The notes under the pieces are model-generated. The model ran no database searches. It saw nothing but the letters and a program-made list of their open reading frames with translations, and was not told the DNA's origin. A stretch of 64,000 bases of DNA from Candidatus Babeliales bacterium (GTDB lineage Bacteria > Babelota > Babeliae > Babelales > JBFXEV01). The DNA lies in assembly GCA_050179755.1 (NCBI GenBank), contig JBFXEV010000001.1, forward strand, positions 1,417,994-1,481,993. The letters are read 5' to 3'. The position numbers and the translations under genes are program-made. Of the stretch, positions 1-8,292 are shown in pieces. The stretch's first letter is position 1; each line of letters opens with the position of its first letter.

Positions 1-1
1 A

Positions 2-622
2 GCTCAATTTTTAAGCATGAACGAGTCACGTTACAAAACTAACTATAAAATTACCTGGTCTATGCTTGCGCCTGATGTTACCAAAGATAATTACCAGGCC
101 TTAAAAGATTTCACGGGTTTGCGTGACGTAAGCGAACTTGAAGTACTTAAAAAAGAAGTGCTTGAAACACTGCATACTAAATACCCTCACCAAGAAGGCA
201 CACAAGCAGACGCAGAAGCCTCAGGTGCTTGGCTTAGCGCACAAGAGCTTGCTTCACTCATCATTGCAAACACTAAAGATGTAGAAAAAGTTATGATTCT
301 TTCTGATCTAGGCCTGTTAAAGCAACAAGCTCCTGAATCTGCCTACGCCAAAGCGCCAGAGGACAAAGGCGCTGATCGCACGCGCGAAATTATTCAGATC
401 TTTGATAATATTAAACGGAAAATGGCACAAGTAGATCAAGGCACACAAACATTTATTATTGATAAAAATTACGTCCGCGGCAGACCGGATCAACCGCACA
501 TATGGGTACCCGTCATTATAAATAAGCAAGGTGGCCAACTGCGGCTTGCGCTTATTGACCCAGAAAACCTCATAACGCAAGATAATGAAAACTTACAAAT
601 TTTACTTAAGCATCTTACGTAG
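2..622 (+). CDS. Hypothetical protein, 5'-truncated by the window; C-terminal region has cysteine-protease-like motifs
   Basis: Frame is open back to base 2 (GCT CAA TTT TTA AGC ATG...). Motifs WLSAQEL, HIWVPVII and LIDPEN. Converges on and overlaps the 3' end of cca. Confidence 0.6.
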   Translation, partial: AQFLSMNESRYKTNYKITWSMLAPDVTKDNYQALKDFTGLRDVSELEVLKKEVLETLHTKYPHQEGTQADAEASGAWLSAQELASLIIANTKDVEKVMILSDLGLLKQQAPESAYAKAPEDKGADRTREIIQIFDNIKRKMAQVDQGTQTFIIDKNYVRGRPDQPHIWVPVIINKQGGQLRLALIDPENLITQDNENLQILLKHLT

Positions 623-2014
623 AACCATTTGTTTAAGTTCTTCTTTATTCGTTATACCATGTTGAAGTTGTAAATGATAAGCAAATTTTACATATGCACC
701 AAGTTGAGGGCCAGGAGCTACAACGTCAATAAAATCGCGCCCATATAAAATCGGTGCTTCAACTTTGTGCATAACTTGCGCTTTTTCAGCTTGCGCCAAA
801 AATGTATGCACTACATCAGGAATACAGGTAAGAGGCTTAGGCCCATGTGGATTTCTGCCCTGTCTATCTGCTGTTGCAAGCTTTGCAAGCATACACAACG
901 TTACCTGTGGAGCAAGCTTGAGTGCAAGTCGCTTGTATGCAGATAGTTTTGCACCATTATCTACAAACTGCAAGGGATGCATATGATATGCTACTAATTT
1001 CTGTACTGAAGTCAGTAAGTCAGCATCACGCGTAATTCTTTTTAATAATTTTGTTGCAAGCCGCTTACTCACGAGCGCATGGCCATGACTTTTAATAACA
1101 CCTTCAATTTTTTGTGTTGTTGATACTTTGCCAAGATCGTGACATAATGCCGCATACATAAGAATCAATTTTTCGCGATCAGAATCATATGATAACGCAG
1201 CCGCTGCATCAAGTGCTTGTTTAGTGTGTTCATATACGTCACCCTCAGGGTGCCACTGCGGCTCCTGCGCAATACCTTTGAGTGCGGCAACTTCTGGAAA
1301 GATCTCTTTTAACCTGCCAATCTTATCAAGCCAATCAAGTGCAAGCGAAGGCCGTTTTGACTTAAGAAGCCACTTTGTGCATTCTTCTTCTATGCGTTCA
1401 CGAGAAACGCCTGAAATATCCATACGCGCGCACAGCTTATTCAATTGATCATCTGGTTGCATCTGAAACCGTGCAACAAATTGCATCACTCTAAAAAAAC
1501 GCAAGGGATCTTCGATAAATAACTGCGGATCAGTGACGCGCAATCTTTTTTGTGCAAGGTCGTGCTGACCATCAAAGGGATCTACTAATTCAAGTGTATG
1601 CAAATCTATACCCATTGCATTCATAGTAACATCACGCCGCTTGAAAGCAGTGCGAGCGTCCATGTGCGGATCTACCGTAACCATTGGTTTACGGCCCGAA
1701 GAATCGGAACGTGGCAGCGACCAATCCACGTCAATGCCGTGTACACGAATCACGCCAAAACTTTTTCCTACCGTGCTAATAGGACCAAATTTTTTAAGAA
1801 CAGATTCAAGCGCTTCCAGCGAAAGATTATGCACTTCAATATCTAAATCCTTAGGGATAATGCCAATCAGTAGATCGCGAACCGCACCACCGACCAAGAA
1901 AACTTGGCCCCCGGCTTTATGCAAAGCCTCAGCAATAGTTACCACCTGGGGATATTTTTCTAATGTTTTTTGCAAACAATTTTGTACAGTGATATCAATT
2001 TTTGTATACTGCAT
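602..2014 (-). CDS. cca: CCA-adding tRNA nucleotidyltransferase with HD domain
   Basis: LVGGAVRD..DLDIE, RRDVTMNAM, EDPLRFFR, QEPQWHPEGDVYEH and LCHDLGK motifs; ATG at 2014 preceded by GAGGT. Confidence 0.9.
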   Translation of the reverse strand: MQYTKIDITVQNCLQKTLEKYPQVVTIAEALHKAGGQVFLVGGAVRDLLIGIIPKDLDIEVHNLSLEALESVLKKFGPISTVGKSFGVIRVHGIDVDWSLPRSDSSGRKPMVTVDPHMDARTAFKRRDVTMNAMGIDLHTLELVDPFDGQHDLAQKRLRVTDPQLFIEDPLRFFRVMQFVARFQMQPDDQLNKLCARMDISGVSRERIEEECTKWLLKSKRPSLALDWLDKIGRLKEIFPEVAALKGIAQEPQWHPEGDVYEHTKQALDAAAALSYDSDREKLILMYAALCHDLGKVSTTQKIEGVIKSHGHALVSKRLATKLLKRITRDADLLTSVQKLVAYHMHPLQFVDNGAKLSAYKRLALKLAPQVTLCMLAKLATADRQGRNPHGPKPLTCIPDVVHTFLAQAEKAQVMHKVEAPILYGRDFIDVVAPGPQLGAYVKFAYHLQLQHGITNKEELKQMVLRKMLK

Positions 2015-2057
2015 ACATACCTCAATTAACTTAATGAGCTTCAAAGGACAATTACCT

Positions 2058-2861
2058 ATGCATATTACACACAAACACTATATAGGTTGCGTGCTTGCAC
2101 TCGCACTGATTTCAACATCCTGCTATGCAATTTCATTATCATCGGTAAGTTCTTGGTTCTCAACATGGCAAGAAGAAACTTTTTTCCAAGAGGCAACTAT
2201 TGGTCTTAACGCCACCTTAGAACTTACTAATATCTCAGGACCTATAACTATTAAAACGTGGTCTGTTCCAAAAATAGTTATAGAAGCCACCAAGTCTGCT
2301 AAAGAAAAAGATCTTGCAACCATTTCTATTGTAACCGATATCAATGAACAACATGCTCGTATTACAACAGTATATCATGAGAAAGGAATCAATGGATCAG
2401 TCAGTTATGAACTCATGATACCGGAGCTTACCAATGTAACATTACATACAGATGAAGGTACCATTAAACTAAAAAAAGTGCATGGTACTATTTCAGTGCG
2501 CACCAATTCAGGCAACATAGATATAGAAGATGCTACTCGTTCACTTGACGCGCACGCAGCATATGGCAACATCACTGCCTCATACAGCCACGTGCCATTA
2601 AATTCCCACCTGCAAGTTACTACTGAAAATGGCAACATCACCCTTGCCTTACCAAAACAAACTCATGCCCGTGTAATTGCAAAAACGCATAAAGGCACTA
2701 TTACTTCTGAACAGTCGGTGACAATTGCTCCTCAAACAGTAAAACTAGATAGAAATTACTGGAAGCGTGTGCGCACCGAACTTACCGGACTACTCGGTAA
2801 TGGTGGTGCACATATAGAATTAACAGCGCAGTACGGAAACATACAAATAGTTGAACATTGA
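2058..2861 (+). CDS. Secreted DUF4097-family beta-strand repeat (putative adhesin) protein
   Basis: Signal peptide from ATG 2058; repeated T/N-x-x-G-x-I units (TNISGPI, TDEGTI, TNSGNI, AYGNI, TENGNI, THKGTI); stop codon supplied by the IS end. Confidence 0.75.
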   Translation: MHITHKHYIGCVLALALISTSCYAISLSSVSSWFSTWQEETFFQEATIGLNATLELTNISGPITIKTWSVPKIVIEATKSAKEKDLATISIVTDINEQHARITTVYHEKGINGSVSYELMIPELTNVTLHTDEGTIKLKKVHGTISVRTNSGNIDIEDATRSLDAHAAYGNITASYSHVPLNSHLQVTTENGNITLALPKQTHARVIAKTHKGTITSEQSVTIAPQTVKLDRNYWKRVRTELTGLLGNGGAHIELTAQYGNIQIVEH

Positions 2862-2990
2862 CACTCACACGGCCTAAAGGCCAGTGGATTCTTGCTTCAC
2901 CGAGTTAGCTAATGCTAAGCTCTCCACAAGCTTTAAAAGCGGAAAGTCCTGCCGCTCTAATATTTAGACTCGCGTTTAAATCTCTGTCTA
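2838..2990 (-). ncRNA. Predicted TnpB omega/reRNA (right-end scaffold plus flanking guide); 5' boundary approximate
   Basis: Established TnpB architecture: scaffold overlaps the tnpB 3' end and ends at TCAA (2858), followed by guide TGTTCAACTATTTGTATGTT. Confidence 0.6.
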
Positions 2991-4129
2991 ATTGCAAGCC
3001 ACAGTTACCGCATGTGTACACTCGTGTTTGCAAAGAAATATTTTGTACATTGCCACATGATGAACATTGTTTTGAGGAAGGTAGAAATCTCCCTACTTTA
3101 ACAAAATTCTTACCAAGCCATATACATTTATATTCAAGATAATTAACAAATCCACACCAACCAGCGTCAGCTATTGCGCGAGAGAGGCGCCTATTAAGCA
3201 CCATTCCTTTAATGTTTAAATTTTCAACTGCTACTACGCCGTGGTTCTTGGCAATATTTGTAGATAGCTTATGGTGAAAATCTTTACGTATGTTTTTAAT
3301 TAGCCTATGTACTTTCGCTACTTTTACTGCTATCTTTTTCTGATTATTGCTGCCTTTTTTCTTATGAGCATAATGACGTTGCAAAAATGCTAACTTCTTT
3401 AGGTAGGTATTTAATATCTTCTGATTTTCAATTACTTGGCCATCAGAAAGATATGCAAAATTTTTAATACCAAGATCAATGCCTATCGCCTTCTTTTCAG
3501 ATACAGAAACTTTTTGTATATCAATTTCTATTTCGCAAACAATATGGATATTCCAGTGTTTACCTTCTCTCTTAATCGTAGCTTGTTTTATTATTCCCTC
3601 AATTAGCCGGGAATCTCTATATGCAACCCAACCAATTTTAGGTAAATATACTTTAGCATTTCCACACGAAACACCTTGCGGATAACGAAATGAATCATTG
3701 TCCCCTTTCTTCTTGAAGCGAGGAAATCCTGGTTTTTCTTTATTCTTTAATCGTCTAAAGAAATGTTTAAATGCGCTTTCAAGATTCTTCAATGAGTGTT
3801 GCAATACTTGTGAATGAATTTCTTTAAGCCAGGCTGTTTCAGTTGATCTTTTTAGATAAGGAAGTTTATTTGCTATATCAGTATAAGTTGGCACTTTTTG
3901 CTTACCTTCCATAGCTTCTTTTATAAGAGCAAGCCCATAGTTAAATATATAGCGTGTAGAGCCAGCAAATTTTGCAAACAAAATTAATTGCTCTTTAGTA
4001 GGTTTTAATCGAAAACTGAATGTCTTTTGAATCATTTTCATGGTAGACTAATTATACCATTTTATGTGTTTTTTAAAAGGACTCGCCTTACATCCCGCAG
4101 CTAAAGCAGCGGGTTTTTCGGCTCATGTA
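2858..4129 (-). mobile_element. Non-autonomous IS200/IS605-family element (tnpB only, IS1341-like)
   Basis: Left-end hairpin CCCGCTGC-TTTA-GCTGCGGG and right-end hairpin GGCC-TTTA-GGCC followed by terminal TCAA (minus strand). Preceded by TTAT. No tnpA, TIRs or TSD. Removing it restores GAA CAA TAA in the upstream gene. Confidence 0.85.
2905..4041 (-). CDS. tnpB: TnpB RNA-guided endonuclease
   Basis: N-terminal HTH (FSFRLKPTKEQ...RYIFNYGL), GFPRFKKK, RuvC-I GIDLG, RuvC-II VAVENL, zinc finger CSSC..CGNC, RuvC-III DRDLNASLNI. Confidence 0.95.
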   Translation of the reverse strand: MKMIQKTFSFRLKPTKEQLILFAKFAGSTRYIFNYGLALIKEAMEGKQKVPTYTDIANKLPYLKRSTETAWLKEIHSQVLQHSLKNLESAFKHFFRRLKNKEKPGFPRFKKKGDNDSFRYPQGVSCGNAKVYLPKIGWVAYRDSRLIEGIIKQATIKREGKHWNIHIVCEIEIDIQKVSVSEKKAIGIDLGIKNFAYLSDGQVIENQKILNTYLKKLAFLQRHYAHKKKGSNNQKKIAVKVAKVHRLIKNIRKDFHHKLSTNIAKNHGVVAVENLNIKGMVLNRRLSRAIADAGWCGFVNYLEYKCIWLGKNFVKVGRFLPSSKQCSSCGNVQNISLQTRVYTCGNCGLQLDRDLNASLNIRAAGLSAFKACGELSIS

Positions 4130-4148
4130 ATAATTAAAAAGGAACCCG

Positions 4149-5924
4149 ATGAAACAAAAACTCTTACTTGCTCTAGTATTCTTTTTAGCATTCAGTAACC
4201 TTTCACTGGCAACGATGACTTCTCTCATCAAACACAATGATGAAACCACGAGTGAAATATTACTCAATTTTGATAATGCTCCTGATGAAAAATTATTTAA
4301 AGAGTCATTAGTTATTACCGCAGATCATCCAGAGATTACAATTTCTAAACCAAGCTCAAATCGTGAGTTGCAACAATGGTCTGGTAAAAAAGTAAATGAT
4401 ACGCAGCGAGGTTGGCAAGGGCCAGTTACGCTCACACTGCAGGCTACGCGTCCATCTGAAAAACAAATTACTACTGCTCATCTGCATGTAAGTTATGCCA
4501 CCAACAAACATCCGCAACCATATGAGCATATTATACCCCTTACCTTTCTTTCTCAAAGCAAGCCTACTTTTGATGAAAGCCAAGCTGCTGCAACGGTGCA
4601 AAAACCTGAAATTGCCAACAAATCCGTAACAGATCAATCTAGTATTAAAAAAAAATCAGCATGGTTTGACGTTTCAAGTTATATAAAAGGGCTAGTAAAA
4701 TCTACCGAATCGCCTTGGATACGGTTACTTCTTGTTTTCTTACTCGGCATTCTTATGAGTTTAACACCATGCATTTACCCCATGATTCCGATTACCGTAG
4801 GGATTTTGCAATCACAAGCTGGCGATTCAACAGGAAGTAATGCGTTGCGAGCACTCCTTTATACTTTTGGCATGGGTAGTACGTATGCACTCTTTGGTTT
4901 ACTTGCAAGTTGCACCGGGCCGTTGTGTGGCTATATGTTCTCGCAACCTATTTTTGTTATTGCTCTTGCCGCTTTACTTATGTATTTTGGCTTATGCATG
5001 TTTGGTTTTATTGATATGTATATACCGCGACTTTTACAAACACAGCGCAGCAATCATGGCGGGGGTTCACTACTTGCAGCTTTTTTATTTGGCATGGCAA
5101 GTGGCACGTTAGCCTCTCCCTGCGTATCACCCGGACTTGCTCTTATATTAAGCATTGTAGCAACTCTTGGTAGTAAGCTCATGGGGTTTGCGCTTCTTTT
5201 TGCATTTGGCGTGGGCTTGAGTATGCCTCTTTTAATTGTAGGGCTTTCTGCAGGATCATTGCATTTATTACCACGAGCTGGCATGTGGATGGTTGAGATT
5301 AAAAAGCTCTTTGGTTTTTTATTATTTGGATTAAGCTTCTATTACTTAAGCGCTATTATGCCACACGAACTATTATATGCGCTTATTGCACTTTTCTTAT
5401 GTGCCATGGGTCTTTATTATATACATAGCTCGTGTAAATCGGTAATCCCGTTTTGGAAAAAGTGCAATGCATTTCTTGGCATAGCGTTAGTTGCATGCTC
5501 TATTGCCGTTGCTGCACAAGCGATTCAAGCACATTTTTTTCACGAACAGGAAACGAATCATATTGATATTTGGCTAACTGATTATCAAGAGGCGCGTGAA
5601 CGTGCAATCCGTGAGCACAAATTACTTTTTATTGATGTATGGGCAGACTTTTGCTCAATCTGTATTACAATTAATAAAACATTATTAAAAGATACACGCG
5701 TGGAAGAAGTATTAAGCACTCAGTTTGTGCCATTAAAAATTAATGGTACACAACCTTCTGGTGAGCCGTATGCTACTATTCATAAACAATTTACTATTAC
5801 CGGATTTCCAACATATATGATTGTGGAGCCAGAAACACTTACTGTTATAAAACGCTGGGATAGCAAAATATATAACATGGATCCTTTGTTGTTTATTACG
5901 AAATTGCAAAAAAGACTACGCTAA
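4149..5924 (+). CDS. dsbD: Thiol:disulfide interchange protein DsbD-like (CcdA membrane domain plus thioredoxin)
   Basis: SLTPCIYPMIP, ASPCVSP, LPRAGMWM and C-terminal WADFCSIC thioredoxin motif. Confidence 0.85.
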   Translation: MKQKLLLALVFFLAFSNLSLATMTSLIKHNDETTSEILLNFDNAPDEKLFKESLVITADHPEITISKPSSNRELQQWSGKKVNDTQRGWQGPVTLTLQATRPSEKQITTAHLHVSYATNKHPQPYEHIIPLTFLSQSKPTFDESQAAATVQKPEIANKSVTDQSSIKKKSAWFDVSSYIKGLVKSTESPWIRLLLVFLLGILMSLTPCIYPMIPITVGILQSQAGDSTGSNALRALLYTFGMGSTYALFGLLASCTGPLCGYMFSQPIFVIALAALLMYFGLCMFGFIDMYIPRLLQTQRSNHGGGSLLAAFLFGMASGTLASPCVSPGLALILSIVATLGSKLMGFALLFAFGVGLSMPLLIVGLSAGSLHLLPRAGMWMVEIKKLFGFLLFGLSFYYLSAIMPHELLYALIALFLCAMGLYYIHSSCKSVIPFWKKCNAFLGIALVACSIAVAAQAIQAHFFHEQETNHIDIWLTDYQEARERAIREHKLLFIDVWADFCSICITINKTLLKDTRVEEVLSTQFVPLKINGTQPSGEPYATIHKQFTITGFPTYMIVEPETLTVIKRWDSKIYNMDPLLFITKLQKRLR

Positions 5925-5928
5925 AAAA

Positions 5929-5974
5929 TTAAGCCCGTTTGCTCTTTCAAAAAAGTTTGAGCAAACGGGCTTAA
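5929..5974. terminator. Bidirectional intrinsic terminator-like hairpin
   Basis: Perfect 16-bp inverted repeat TTAAGCCCGTTTGCTC / GAGCAAACGGGCTTAA between convergent genes. Confidence 0.7.
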
Positions 5975-5991
5975 ATGTTACATAAAATCTA

Positions 5992-6141
5992 TTATGGTAC
6001 TCTACGCCCTTGAATAAGATTTACTAATATCATAATAAGTGCAATTACCAGTAAAATATGGATGAACCCACCCATAGTATAGCTACTTACAAATCCAAGT
6101 AGCCATAAAATAATTAAAATGACTGCTAACGTGTATAACAT
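5992..6141 (-). CDS. lmo0937-family (DUF5670) small membrane protein, 49 aa, missed by the ORF track
   Basis: Hand translation MLYTLAVILIILWLLGFVSSYTMGGFIHILLVIALIMILVNLIQGRRVP; GGGAG RBS. Confidence 0.85.
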   Translation of the reverse strand: MLYTLAVILIILWLLGFVSSYTMGGFIHILLVIALIMILVNLIQGRRVP

Positions 6142-6206
6142 ATTACTCCCTTTGAGCTTCATACGCTCATGTTACTGGAAGATGTTTTATTAACCACCAC
6201 GGCAAA

Positions 6207-6539
6207 TTACGCACCTTTATATACATCTTTTTTCTTTTCTTCATCGATTCTTTTTCTTTTTGCTTCACAAAGCTCATTATACATAACGTCAATCACGCGA
6301 TCAATAACATCATATATCTTTGGGCCTTTATAATTTGAAACTAAATCATAATTTGGTGTTTTAACGCGTACTTCTACACTATTGTCATTGTGAATTCTAG
6401 TCCCGTCTAAAACAACATCAAGAAATCGTGGATCTCTTTCGTGACTTAAAAATTCTTCAACTTTGGCAAGCTGTTGATTTACATAATCTTCCATAGGTGC
6501 CGAATGCTCCATCCCCCGGAACGTAATACGTTTATGCAT
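6207..6539 (-). CDS. hpf: Ribosome hibernation factor HPF/RaiA (short form)
   Basis: ITFRGMEHSAPMEDYV..QLAKVE and IYDVIDRVID motifs; AGGA RBS. Confidence 0.8.
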   Translation of the reverse strand: MHKRITFRGMEHSAPMEDYVNQQLAKVEEFLSHERDPRFLDVVLDGTRIHNDNSVEVRVKTPNYDLVSNYKGPKIYDVIDRVIDVMYNELCEAKRKRIDEEKKKDVYKGA

Positions 6540-6569
6540 ATTAAATCCTTCTCATTTATAATAACTGCA

Positions 6570-6878
6570 TTAACTTACTTTTCGCTTACTTTCTGCCTCC
6601 GCTTTCTCAAGCAATTGATACATAACATCAATTACATAATCAAGTTCTTCTTTAATATCAATCCCATGACGAGACATAAGTAAAGTATGCTTATGAGTTT
6701 TTAGATCAAATTTAACCGTGTAATCGGCGCTCGTTTTATCAATAGTAAATTCAGCTTTAATAAAACGATTACGAGGATCTTCTTTCAACAATGCTTCTAC
6801 TGCTTGAAGCCGTTTATAAACATGATCTACCAATTCAATAGAAAGCTCTATTCCTTTAAAATTAATATCTGTCTTCAT
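6570..6878 (-). CDS. Second, divergent HPF/RaiA paralogue
   Basis: Aligns without gaps to the neighbouring HPF (30 of 101 positions identical by hand count), including VIDVMY. Confidence 0.7.
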   Translation of the reverse strand: MKTDINFKGIELSIELVDHVYKRLQAVEALLKEDPRNRFIKAEFTIDKTSADYTVKFDLKTHKHTLLMSRHGIDIKEELDYVIDVMYQLLEKAEAESKRKVS

Positions 6879-6963
6879 AATGCTCACCATCTGTTTGTAA
6901 ATCAAGTTAGTATATCTAGCATTGGATAGTCTACACTAAAATATATAGATAAGGCAAAAAGTG

Positions 6964-8292
6964 CTATCTGGGTCGGCGTTTTTTAGTGCGAGCAAGTAAT
7001 ACAAGAGGCACGCCAAGAAGATCATAATACTTACGCAAAATGTTTTCTATAAAAGCCAATTGGCTATCACCAAACCATTCAGCATGATTAACCTTAAGCA
7101 CTAATGTTGGTGGGCCTGCTTTAACTTGTTTTATCGAGTGAAAGACTAACATTTCACCTTTATGATAATGCGGTCGGTGCGCAAAGGCTTCTTTTAATAA
7201 TTCATTAAGCTCGCGCTCATCAAATTTTTGCGTATAACGCTCCCAGACTTTTTTAACAAGAGGCATAATTTTGCCAATATTTTTTCCGGTCTTACATGAA
7301 ATAGTAAGTACAGGAATCTTCTTAAGCAAATATTCGTGCAATTCAAAATCATTTTCAAGCGTTGCTTGATGGCCTTCATCCATGAGATCCTCTTTATTAA
7401 TAAGAAGAATCAAACATTTTTGTTCTTGCAAAACGTGAAATGCCAGCTTACGCTCTTGGTCACTTAACGTGCCCTCGCTTCCATCAATCATTAAAAGTAC
7501 AATATCACTATTTTCAACCGCACGAAACGTACTTTTGACCATCAATGATTCAAGTGTTTCATCAACGCGTCTTTTCCTACGCACGCCAGGCGTATCAGTG
7601 AGCGCAATAGTGTCTTTATAAAATGAGAAAGGCTCTGTTATTGCTTCTCGTGTGGTTCCTGGCATATCAGCAACAATAGAACGCTCTTGCTCAAGCAGCA
7701 AATTCATAAGCGATGATTTGCCCACATTTGGCTTACCAAGTAATGCAACACGATATGCTGGCTTTTCTTCTTTATGCTTAAATGTTTTACCACGTAATTT
7801 ATCGGCAATGCTTTCTAAAAGCTCCCCAATCCCAATACTATGTTCAGCTGATAGAGGGCACACGTCTTTAAATCCAAATTGAGCAAATTCGTGTTCATGT
7901 TCACGTGCAATTTTAGTATCAATTTTGTTAATCACTAAAATTACTTGCTTTCCTAATTTGTGAAGTAATTTTGCAATTTGAGCATCTTGCTGCACCAGGC
8001 CTACGGTACCATCTACTACAAACAGAACAATGTCCGCACTCGCTATGAGATTTTGGGCTATTTGCTGCACTTTCTGATCCATTTGATCAGATGTTTTTTT
8101 CAATTCTATACCGCCACTATCAATTAATTGGAATGCTGTATCTTGCCAACTGACAATATCAGACAAAAAATCGCGTGTTACGCCTTCATAATCAAGCGTA
8201 ATGCTTTTTACATTTTCAGATAAGCGATTAAATAGCGTAGATTTCCCCACGTTTTTACGCCCTGCCAGTACAACCTTTGCATAATTACTCAT
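6964..8292 (-). CDS. der: Ribosome biogenesis GTPase Der (EngA)
   Basis: Two G-domains (GRKNVGKS, GKPNVGKS; DSGG, DTPG; NKID, NKED) plus KH-like tail; start overlaps the dnaX stop. Confidence 0.95.
   Translation of the reverse strand: MSNYAKVVLAGRKNVGKSTLFNRLSENVKSITLDYEGVTRDFLSDIVSWQDTAFQLIDSGGIELKKTSDQMDQKVQQIAQNLIASADIVLFVVDGTVGLVQQDAQIAKLLHKLGKQVILVINKIDTKIAREHEHEFAQFGFKDVCPLSAEHSIGIGELLESIADKLRGKTFKHKEEKPAYRVALLGKPNVGKSSLMNLLLEQERSIVADMPGTTREAITEPFSFYKDTIALTDTPGVRRKRRVDETLESLMVKSTFRAVENSDIVLLMIDGSEGTLSDQERKLAFHVLQEQKCLILLINKEDLMDEGHQATLENDFELHEYLLKKIPVLTISCKTGKNIGKIMPLVKKVWERYTQKFDERELNELLKEAFAHRPHYHKGEMLVFHSIKQVKAGPPTLVLKVNHAEWFGDSQLAFIENILRKYYDLLGVPLVLLARTKKRRPR

Noticed and set aside
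1641..2057. 139-aa N-terminal extension of the DUF4097 ORF
   Set aside because: It is the antisense shadow of cca; the signal peptide and an AAGGA RBS support the start at 2058
2905..4041. Cas12f/type V CRISPR effector
   Set aside because: No CRISPR array or cas genes seen in the window; IS605-type hairpin ends identify it as TnpB
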